Both the position numbers and the translations under genes were made by a program. 64,000 bases of DNA from a bacterium (GTDB taxonomy: Bacteria > Patescibacteriota > Minisyncoccia > Phycocordibacterales > Phycocordibacteraceae). The stretch spans positions 192,001-256,000 of the forward strand of contig JBBCGK010000001.1 in NCBI GenBank assembly GCA_037200965.1, read 5' to 3'. Every line of letters begins with the position of its first letter. The stretch's first letter is position 1. Shown here in pieces: positions 54,871 through 64,000 of this stretch. The notes beneath the pieces are model-generated. The model searched no databases, had not been told where the DNA came from, and saw nothing but the letters and a program-made list of their open reading frames with translations.

Positions 54871-55764
54871 CTATCCTCCCGGAGCGCATACGCCCGAGAG
54901 CGTCTTCGCGCCCGGAACGCCGCAGCGGCTTGCGGAACATGCCCATGCGCTCATTGTCGGCGTATAGAGGCCGCAGGCGGCCTGCGTGTTGATTTTCGGA
55001 TCCTGAGCCGCACGAACGCACTGAGTATAGAGATTCTGGTCTTTAACGGAAGAGTCGCACCACCCTACCTTGCCCTGATTCCGTATGTACTGCCCCGAGC
55101 ACGGGTGCGTGAATGCGGCCGGGCAATTAAGACTGCCGAGCTTCGTCGTCGTGAGATTGATCTGCCAAAGTCCCCAAGAATAGCTCGGTCCCTTTCCCTT
55201 ATCGAGCTTGTCGGATCCGCTCGGGATCGCGGTTTGTCCGCCCGCGCTTTCGAGATTGCATACTTTCGACGCCACTTCCCCGTTTGCCGCGAAGCATGTT
55301 CCTTGGAGGCCTTGCACGCTGCAGGGGTTGTTCGCGTTTGAAGGCACCTTGCACGAACTGTTTCCCGAACTCGGCGTCGCGGAAACATTGGTCGCCGTTA
55401 CTGGTGCCCGCGGCGTGCTGAGCTCAAGACAGGCAGCCTCGCCCCCGGAAATGATCGCGTTCCACGGCCCGAACGTGCCGTTATAGAGCGCATTCATGAC
55501 CGTATTGACGATAAGCCATGCACCAAGGACGACCAGAAGACCGATTACCGTCTGCAGCACCACGGTTCGCGCCTGCTTCACGTTATCCGGACTCGCGGCG
55601 TTGGTTACGAACAGGAATCCCGCGTACACCAGCAGAAGCACGGCAAAAAAGACCGCCAGATACAGGCCGAATTTGAGAAGGTTCTGAACTACGGCGAAAA
55701 AACCGCCCCAGCCGCAGGCGCAATGCTGGCAGATCTCGGGGACGATGCTCCCGGTGAAGTCCAT
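54871..55764 (-). CDS. Membrane protein with VirB2/TrbC-like N-terminal TMs and a Cys-rich SLT-like domain
   Basis: CNLESAGGQTAI...GLWQINL resembles the ES...GLMQ motif of lytic transglycosylases. Twelve Cys in the C-terminal half. Confidence 0.45.
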   Translation of the reverse strand: MDFTGSIVPEICQHCACGWGGFFAVVQNLLKFGLYLAVFFAVLLLVYAGFLFVTNAASPDNVKQARTVVLQTVIGLLVVLGAWLIVNTVMNALYNGTFGPWNAIISGGEAACLELSTPRAPVTATNVSATPSSGNSSCKVPSNANNPCSVQGLQGTCFAANGEVASKVCNLESAGGQTAIPSGSDKLDKGKGPSYSWGLWQINLTTTKLGSLNCPAAFTHPCSGQYIRNQGKVGWCDSSVKDQNLYTQCVRAAQDPKINTQAACGLYTPTMSAWACSASRCGVPGAKTLSGVCAPGG

Positions 55765-55858
55765 ATGAGTATGTATATACTACCGTATCTTTTCGCTGCA
55801 CGAACGCTCTCCCCAGTAAAATAAGAGCATCAGTCCCGTGCCTGCTACACTGGGTTCA

Positions 55859-56521
55859 ATGAAATTGAAAGAGAAGGAGGCCGCAATACGCCTGCGCTAC
55901 AAAGGGCATACGCTAAACGAGATAACCGCGATGCTGGGAGTCGCAAAAAGTTCCGTGTCGCTCTGGGTGAGGACGTTGGATATTTCTCCGCAGGCGCGGG
56001 AACGGATAGCGTCGCTGCAAACTACAGGACAGAAGACGGCCCGAAACAACAGATTGGCGCTGACTTCTCGCATACTTTCGGAAGCAAAAGAAGATGCGGA
56101 TGTCCTGACGAAGCGTATCAAACTGGATAAAGATTGGGCACTTGTAGTGTGCAGCCTTCTATATTGGTGCGAGGGAGAAAAGAGCCATAATGACGGCAGG
56201 TTCAGATTTTCAAATTCGGATGTCGATATAATACGGGCGTTCGTTGTGCTGTTGCGAACGGCACTTGTTCTTGATGAAAGAAAGTTCAGAATCTGCATGC
56301 ACCTTCACGAATATCATAATGAGTCAAAACTGCGATTGTTCTGGTCGGAGATAACCGGAATCCCGGAAGAGCAATTTCTTAAAACATTTTGGAAACCGCA
56401 TACCGGAAAGACCATAAAACAAGGATACCCGGGCTGCATACACATTACGTACCACGATGTACGGGTAGCGCGAAAAATATCCGCTACTGCCCGAGCGTTT
56501 CTTAAAAGCATGGTACAATGA
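55859..56521 (+). CDS. HTH-domain protein, possible LAGLIDADG-type homing endonuclease
   Basis: N-terminal HTH ITAMLGVAKSSVSLWVR. LLYWCEGEKS resembles a degenerate LAGLIDADG block. Lower GC. Immediately upstream of tRNA-Trp. Confidence 0.4.
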   Translation: MKLKEKEAAIRLRYKGHTLNEITAMLGVAKSSVSLWVRTLDISPQARERIASLQTTGQKTARNNRLALTSRILSEAKEDADVLTKRIKLDKDWALVVCSLLYWCEGEKSHNDGRFRFSNSDVDIIRAFVVLLRTALVLDERKFRICMHLHEYHNESKLRLFWSEITGIPEEQFLKTFWKPHTGKTIKQGYPGCIHITYHDVRVARKISATARAFLKSMVQ

Positions 56522-56528
56522 TGGATAC

Positions 56529-56600
56529 GGGTCCATAGTTTCAATGGTAAAACGCTTCTCTCCAAAAGAAGTATTGCTGGTTCGAGTCCAGCTGGGCCCG
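56529..56600 (+). tRNA. tRNA-Trp (anticodon CCA)
   Basis: Manual fold: acceptor GGGUCCA/UGGGCCC (one G-U), D-arm GUUU-CAAUGGUA-AAAC, anticodon stem CUUCU/AGAAG with loop CUCCAAA, T-arm GCUGG-UUCGAGU-CCAGC, discriminator G. Confidence 0.8.
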
Positions 56601-56622
56601 CTAAAAGTGATACACTGAGCGC

Positions 56623-57024
56623 ATGGAAACTATTGCCGTACGTCTTACCGATGGGCAAGATTTACTGGTGGAAATCAAGGACGTAACCTTTAAACAGGAT
56701 ATCGAAGCGGGCGTTATTCTTTCCGGAGTCGGAAGTTTGAAGAAAGCGAAAATCCGTGTTCCGGTGATAAACGGTGAAGTAAAGTACATCGAACCACAGA
56801 ACCTAGAGATCGATGCGCTGCATGGAACAGTGTCAAAAAACGGTTGTCATGTGCATATTACTGTTTCTGATATTTCAGGAAACGCCTATGGAGGGCATAT
56901 AAAGGAAGGGTGTATCGTCCGGACTACATGCGAACTGGTGATAGGAATAGTGAAGAACACCCGCTTTAAGCGCACACTAGATCCCGCTACCGGATTTGAA
57001 GAGCTCGTAATCGAAACCGCTTAA
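56623..57024 (+). CDS. PPC/DUF296 domain protein
   Basis: GQDLLVEIKDVTFKQDIEAGVILSGVGSL...HVHITVSD...GHIKEGCIVRTTCELVIG matches the DUF296 pattern. Confidence 0.7.
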   Translation: METIAVRLTDGQDLLVEIKDVTFKQDIEAGVILSGVGSLKKAKIRVPVINGEVKYIEPQNLEIDALHGTVSKNGCHVHITVSDISGNAYGGHIKEGCIVRTTCELVIGIVKNTRFKRTLDPATGFEELVIETA

Positions 57025-58090
57025 ACCCCTCTTGTCCGAAACCAGAAATCATTCTTTATCTCTTCCGTAAGGCGATACGCATCGGCGTGGGAGAGGACGC
57101 CAAGATATGAATTAAAAGATGAAAGGACAGTTGTTTCACTTGTATTGCCTGTCCTAAATTCCGCTGCACGCTTCCGAAGCTTCCGGATGATTCTCTGTTT
57201 TGTCTTCCGGCGTAGGGCGATATGCCCGGGCAATACGACGTATCCGAGGAAGTCGATCCCTTGTCGATACGTGCGGATAAAGACTTTATCAGGATGAAGG
57301 GAGAGGTGAAGTCGTTCTTCAAGAAACGTGCCAATTTCGGGAATCAGACTCTCAAGATACGAACGGTCTCCTGACACGATTACGAAATCATCCGTATATC
57401 GCATATAATGTTTGACCCTAAGCCCATGCTTTATAAATTGGTCGAGCTCGTTCATATACACGTTGGCGAAAAGCTGGCTCGTAAGATTGCCGATCGGCAC
57501 TCCGTTCCTTGGCGTATCGTCCCCCCCCCCCCCCCCCCATTCAATCCGGCCGTATAGCTTTCGATAACTTCTTCGAGAAGCCAGAGAACTTCCGGATCGG
57601 CGATTTTCTTTCTGAGAATGCCGAGCAGTACCGCGTGATTGATGGTGTCGAAAAACTTCCGTACGTCGCACTTCAAGGCGAAACAAGGCCGCGTCCCGTT
57701 CGCACTTACCGCACGCAGCGAATGCTTCAAATATTCGACGCCTTTGTGCGTGCCCTTTCCTATCCGGCAGGAAAAAGAGGACGCTATAAAGGTCGGCTCG
57801 AAAACCGGATTGAGTATCTTAAAAATCGCATGGTGGAGTACGCGGTCGCGTACCGTCGCCTTATGTATGCGCCGTATCTTTGGGTCGCGGATCCAAAAAC
57901 CCCGGTACGGCCCGTGGCGGTAATACTTGCCGCGCAGCTCCCGAGCAAGTTTGAAAAGTTCATACTCGACGTTTTGCTCGAAAGCCGCCACGTCCGGTTT
58001 GCCGCGCTTATCGCGCTTAAAGATATCCCACGCCTCGAACAGGTTTTCTGGCGAGGTTATCGATCCGTATAAGTCCTTATATACCTTCAT
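57021..58090 (-). CDS. Diversity-generating retroelement reverse transcriptase, interrupted by a frameshift at a C18 homopolymer
   Basis: N-terminal ORF 57452..58090 carries RT motifs 1-3 (KIRRIHKATVRDRVLHHAI; FALKCDVRKFFDTINH). C-terminal ORF 57021..57686 carries GVPIGNLTSQLFANVYM (the DGR-specific IGxxxSQ motif) and YMRYTDDFVIV (YxDD). The two frames meet at the poly-C run 57521-57538. Confidence 0.75.
57521..57538. repeat. C18 homopolymeric tract (G18 on the coding strand) inside the RT gene
   Basis: Seen directly in the sequence. A change of one nucleotide in tract length would fuse the two RT ORFs. Confidence 0.9.
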
Positions 58091-58444
58091 ATGAATAGTG
58101 ACCTAGACATACCGATTTTCAAGAAGAGTTACGACCTGTATAAGATGTTCTACGGCTACCGCGCCGACGTGTCGAAGCAGGATCGATACACGATCTGGCA
58201 GCGTTCGGAGAATTCCATCCTCGACATCGTCGAGGCGATTCTGCTTGCAAGCCAGTCAAGTAAAGCGGAGAAACTTCCGATACTTGAGGGGGCGAGCGTG
58301 AAGCTCAACCTGGTACGGATTCTGGTTCGACTCACGAAGGACGTGAAAGCCATCGATAACAAGAAATACCTTGCGCTTGAAGCGAACGTTGACGAGATCG
58401 GCAGGATGCTTGGCGGATGGATCCGTTCGGCCAAGGAACGGTAG
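58091..58444 (+). CDS. avd: DGR accessory variability determinant (Avd; four-helix-bundle family)
   Basis: 117 aa. The C-terminus VDEIGRMLGGWIRSAKER parallels the bAvd C-terminus (VGRILGSWIARVNRK). The KKSYDLYKMFYGY...LDIVEAILLAS four-helix pattern is present. Start codon abuts the RT start codon on the opposite strand. Confidence 0.7.
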   Translation: MNSDLDIPIFKKSYDLYKMFYGYRADVSKQDRYTIWQRSENSILDIVEAILLASQSSKAEKLPILEGASVKLNLVRILVRLTKDVKAIDNKKYLALEANVDEIGRMLGGWIRSAKER

Positions 58445-59276
58445 GAGAAATCCGCCGAGGAGGCGGATCTTCTTCCGGATAGAGAAACGACTGCCAGGCA
58501 GCGGCCAGACCGAGGTCGGAGACGCGGTAGCTGTCCCAGTAGGGGCTGACGTTGACGGACTCGGAGTCGACGCCGACATAGACGTGATTGCCGTCCGCGT
58601 CGAGACTGGACGTGCGAACGTAGAGACTCTTGAAGAGCCAAACGCCACGGACTTCGAAGAAGACCGTGATGAACCAGCTCGTCTCGGCGGCGTTCGGGAC
58701 GCGTTCGGTGTTCGAGGGCAGCAGGGTCTGTTCGCCCCAGGTTTTGCTCGTCGAACCCGTGACTTCCGTCTTCTTGTGGGCGAACCACCCGGAGCCGGTG
58801 AGATCGCTCTGCGCGAACCTCGCCTGCTCGTACCAGCCGCCGGTCTTGCTGGAGAAGAGCTTGGGCTTCAGGGCACGGATGGCCAGGAGCGCGAGCATCT
58901 GCGGCGAGTGCGGCATCAGGGCATAGCCAGCGGCCTTGAGCGCGTTCAGCGTCTCGACCGGCGGAATGCTGTCCGCGAGCGCTTCGATCTGCTGCGCGCT
59001 GTAGGCGATGTCCGGACGCTTCGCCATGATCTCTTCGGCGGTGATGAAGTCGCCGCCAAGGATGGAACGCGCGAGCGTGTAATCCGGCTGCTTTGCCGAA
59101 AGGCGCGTCACCAGGGCGACGAACCCTTCGTCGAATTCACCGCGGCGCCTGAAGAGGCGCTGGTGAGCTTCGTGATCGAGGGGAACATCGCTGCGAATGC
59201 GCGCGGCGGCGGATGCGATCATCTCGTCGAGGTGGTCGTGTTGGCCTGACGTGGCCGGGGATGCCGACATGGTCAT
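58332..59276 (-). CDS. Candidate DGR target protein (C-terminal region resembles a CLec/FGE-type variable region)
   Basis: 314-aa ORF. Residues about 215-260 (GVWLFKSLYVRTSSLDADGNHVYVGVDSESVNVSPYWDSYRVSD) are rich in Tyr/Asn/Ser/Asp/His, as in DGR variable repeats. The 3' end overlaps avd convergently by 112 nt, so the true stop is uncertain. Confidence 0.45.
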   Translation of the reverse strand: MTMSASPATSGQHDHLDEMIASAAARIRSDVPLDHEAHQRLFRRRGEFDEGFVALVTRLSAKQPDYTLARSILGGDFITAEEIMAKRPDIAYSAQQIEALADSIPPVETLNALKAAGYALMPHSPQMLALLAIRALKPKLFSSKTGGWYEQARFAQSDLTGSGWFAHKKTEVTGSTSKTWGEQTLLPSNTERVPNAAETSWFITVFFEVRGVWLFKSLYVRTSSLDADGNHVYVGVDSESVNVSPYWDSYRVSDLGLAAAWQSFLYPEEDPPPRRISPTVPWPNGSIRQASCRSRQRSLQAQGISCYRWLSRPS

Positions 59277-59320
59277 ATTCCTTTTTCAATGCCCGAGTCG
59301 TCGGACTTGCGTCTTGCCTG

Positions 59321-59402
59321 TGTAAGGCGAGCTATTTACGGCCTAGTTGTAAAATGTTTCGACAGATACTGTCGAAAATAAGCCGTAAATAGCTCGCCTC
59401 AC
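59321..59402. promoter_or_regulatory. Nested long inverted repeat upstream of the candidate DGR target gene
   Basis: Outer arms AAGGCGAGCTATTTACGGC (59324-59342) and GCCGTAAATAGCTCGCCTC (59382-59400). Inner hairpin TTTCGACAG-ata-CTGTCGAAA (59358-59378). Confidence 0.4.
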
Positions 59403-59573
59403 GAGTTCTTGGTTATCAAAGAGCCGATTGCGGTCAAGCGTACACGATATACGATATATTGTCAAGTATGCATTTAGTACGGACCGGCAGTGTGTACTTG
59501 CCGTGTAGTCCGGAAACAACAGACGCCCGACTCCAATCCTTCGGGCGACTGTCGTCAGGCATCGTATTCGCTC

Positions 59574-59888
59574 TTATCCCCTGGCTTTCTCCGAATCAAA
59601 GAGTTCGATCCGCCCGAGAAGCGATCGGAGCTTGAATTTCACGCGCGCATCTTTCGAGGTTCCCGTCTTCACGAGCAGGAACAGGCAGTCGGCGGCAAAC
59701 GCGTCGCTCAACCCCAGAAAACTCCTGCCCAGCTCCTTCTTCGCCATTTGTTCGATGCGGCCTCTCAGTTGCTGAAGATGGCGAACCTCGTCGGGTGTCG
59801 GGTATTTTCTGCGACCCGTATCCGCCCTGATGCTGTAGTAATACTCGCGCACGGATATGCCTTGCTGCACTGCAACTCTCAGTTTCAC
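59574..59888 (-). CDS. IS3-family OrfA-like HTH protein (solitary remnant, no adjacent DDE orfB)
   Basis: VAVQQGISVREYYYSIRADTGRRKYPTPDEVRHLQQLRGRIEQMAKK resembles the HTH_Tnp_1 / IS3 OrfA pattern. Confidence 0.45.
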   Translation of the reverse strand: MKLRVAVQQGISVREYYYSIRADTGRRKYPTPDEVRHLQQLRGRIEQMAKKELGRSFLGLSDAFAADCLFLLVKTGTSKDARVKFKLRSLLGRIELFDSEKARG

Positions 59889-59974
59889 TGTCGTAGGGTC
59901 CTTTCAGCCCGGGCTAATGCGGACGAAACCGCAAGAACGACCATGGAAAGTATACCATTTTGAAATCAGGTCAG

Positions 59975-60003
59975 AAAAAGCGCCCCTTCGGGGGCGCTTT
60001 TTC
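59975..60003. terminator. Bidirectional rho-independent terminator
   Basis: AAAAAGCGCCCC-ttcg-GGGGCGCTTTTT. Serves rpmG on the reverse strand. Confidence 0.7.
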
Positions 60004-60158
60004 TATTTCTTCACCTCCTTAAAGGCGACGTGCTTTCTGATCGTCGGGTCGAACTTCTTGAGCTCAATCTTGCGCTCGACCTTCTTGCGGTTCTTGCGGG
60101 TATAGTACACGAAGTCGGACTTCGAGGACTTGATCTTTATGAGGTGATCCTGAGACAT
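60003..60158 (-). CDS. rpmG: Ribosomal protein L33
   Basis: Reverse-strand translation MSQDHLIKIKSSKSDFVYYTRKNRKKVERKIELKKFDPTIRKHVAFKEVKK fits the L33 pattern. 51 aa, below the ORF-track cutoff. Confidence 0.7.
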   Translation of the reverse strand: MSQDHLIKIKSSKSDFVYYTRKNRKKVERKIELKKFDPTIRKHVAFKEVKK

Positions 60159-60185
60159 GGCCCAACTCTAGCAAAACCGGCCCGT

Positions 60186-62897
<2,712 letters not shown>

Positions 62898-62930
62898 AGG
62901 TGAATTTCTTATGTATATAGTACGCGCATA

Positions 62931-63701
62931 TTATTCGCTTGTTGCAGAAGTGGAGGTGGCGGTGAGCGCGGCCGTGACTTCCCCGGCGCTCACGTAGAGC
63001 CCCGCGCCGTCGGAAGATATGCCGATAAGGTCGCCGTCCAGATTGACCGCGCCCGAACCGACCGGAGTCGCGGGAAGCGTGGTGTATATCTTGTCGCTGT
63101 CGACGCGCGAAACGATGCCGGTCACGGCGCTGCCGTCAGCCGTGAGCGCGATGACCGTCTCGCCCTGCTTGACGTCGCTTGCGGCGACCCGGACGGGCGC
63201 GGGCGCGTCCGGAAGCGCGGCACTGTCGGCGAACCCGTAGATAGCGACGGTATCGGTCTCGCGGGCAAGCGATACGGCGGCGCTCGACCCGTCGGGGAAA
63301 ACGATCGTGGCTTGCGCCGGGAGATTCTTCGCGCCCGCCGTCACGACCGCGCGCGTCTTTGGAAGATAGGTCCCGATCGCCGCAGGCGCAACGTCGGGAT
63401 TGCGCTCGCGCGCGTCGGTGTCGTATACGCGCACCGTACGCGCCGCTTGCGCGGCTATCGCGGCAACGACGAGATCCTGCTGCTTGTCGACCACGGTGGT
63501 CTGCTTCGTGATCACGCTTGAGGCGCCGGGCGTGACCGTCTGCACGGTCTGCTCGACGATGCGGTTGACCGTCTGGGTAACGATCGGCGGCGCCTGATCG
63601 AGGAGCGACACCGTGAGGATGCCGGTCGCGATCGAGGTTATGAAATTCACGAGAATCGTGAGGAGGAGGAGCTGGGACTTGTTCAGGTCTTCTATATTCA
63701 T
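62931..63701 (-). CDS. Trypsin-like (S1C/HtrA-like) serine protease domain protein, membrane-anchored
   Basis: Internal start MNIEDLNK plus TM. C-terminal GSGAVNLDGDLIGISS resembles the GNSGGPL.N..G.VIGIN motif, but with Gly where the catalytic Ser is expected. Confidence 0.5.
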   Translation of the reverse strand: MNIEDLNKSQLLLLTILVNFITSIATGILTVSLLDQAPPIVTQTVNRIVEQTVQTVTPGASSVITKQTTVVDKQQDLVVAAIAAQAARTVRVYDTDARERNPDVAPAAIGTYLPKTRAVVTAGAKNLPAQATIVFPDGSSAAVSLARETDTVAIYGFADSAALPDAPAPVRVAASDVKQGETVIALTADGSAVTGIVSRVDSDKIYTTLPATPVGSGAVNLDGDLIGISSDGAGLYVSAGEVTAALTATSTSATSE

Positions 63702-63705
63702 AGAG

Positions 63706-64000
63706 CTATAGTATAGCGCTTTTGGCGGCGTCGAGAAAGCGCACGGCCTCGCGAAGCGCCCCGGCAAACCGCCTGAGTTCCGGATCGCTGGTTGACGGTC
63801 CCCAGGAGACCCGCAGCGTCGACTTCGCACGCTCGGTGTCGCCGGTAAGAACAAAAACCGCCCGGGATCCTTCGGTGCTGTTTGTTTCGCACGCGCTTCT
63901 CGTCGAGACCGCGAATCCCGCATGGTCGAGAAGCGCGATGAGATAATCGGTGTCGCGCCCAGGAAGCGACACGTTCAGTATGTTCGGAACGGTTGCCGCC
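63706..64000 (-). CDS. Cysteine desulfurase (class V aminotransferase), C-terminal part; gene continues beyond the window end
   Basis: LDHAGFAVSTRSAC (active-site Cys motif) and C-terminal RVSWGPSTSDPELRRF (RxSxG...eeEid pattern). Confidence 0.7.
   Translation of the reverse strand, partial: AATVPNILNVSLPGRDTDYLIALLDHAGFAVSTRSACETNSTEGSRAVFVLTGDTERAKSTLRVSWGPSTSDPELRRFAGALREAVRFLDAAKSAIL

Overview
This is a 64-kb window from a high-GC bacterial chromosome (roughly 60-65% GC by eye, with several lower-GC islands). Its gene content (short holB-like gene, a DGR, an intein-containing dnaB, an Ada-like Zn domain protein, weak Shine-Dalgarno use) is reminiscent of a CPR/Patescibacteria-type genome, but that is inference only.

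Housekeeping content, left to right:
- holB-like, frr, rseP, proS, mreB-mreC-mreD-mrdA, greA, lysS
- the start of the dcw cluster: mraZ-rsmH-ftsL-ftsI-murF
- yqeY, rmuC, rplU, recR, dnaB, cysS, corA-like, ctpA, rplI, a HicAB pair, rpmA
- a LOG-family gene, an Flp pilin, the type IV pilus genes pilB-pilC-pilin, a parB-like gene
- a peroxiredoxin, miaA, rpmG, clpB, and a partial cysteine desulfurase
- tRNA-Glu(CUC), tRNA-Leu(CAA) and tRNA-Trp(CCA), none of which are in the ORF track

Accessory and unusual content:
1. Between two IS30 transposase genes (25.1-32.1 kb) sits a minimal type V-like CRISPR-Cas locus. It comprises:
   - a 573-aa TnpB/Cas12-like protein that, by manual motif reading, lacks the Zn finger and lacks the RuvC-II Glu and RuvC-III Asp;
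   - a 5'-truncated cas1 with no cas2;
   - an IS481 insertion;
   - a leader carrying a tracrRNA-like anti-repeat;
   - an array of 7 full 40-nt repeats plus one degenerate repeat, containing a duplicated spacer;
   - a strong terminator.
2. A diversity-generating retroelement (57.0-59.3 kb). Its reverse transcriptase carries the IGNLTSQ motif but is split at a C18 homopolymer. An avd gene sits divergently upstream and a candidate variable target lies next to it. The TR/VR pair was not resolved by eye.
3. A roughly 2.1-kb low-GC islet carrying a zeta-toxin-like gene, flanked by about 120-bp direct repeats derived from the pilin 3' end.
4. Several other mobile or selfish elements: a LAGLIDADG intein in dnaB, an IS200 tnpA pseudogene, an IS3 orfA remnant, and a freestanding HTH/LAGLIDADG-like gene beside tRNA-Trp.
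5. rplU is separated from rpmA by IS-associated rearrangement.

Many long opposite-strand ORFs in the track are antisense shadows typical of high-GC DNA and were not called.
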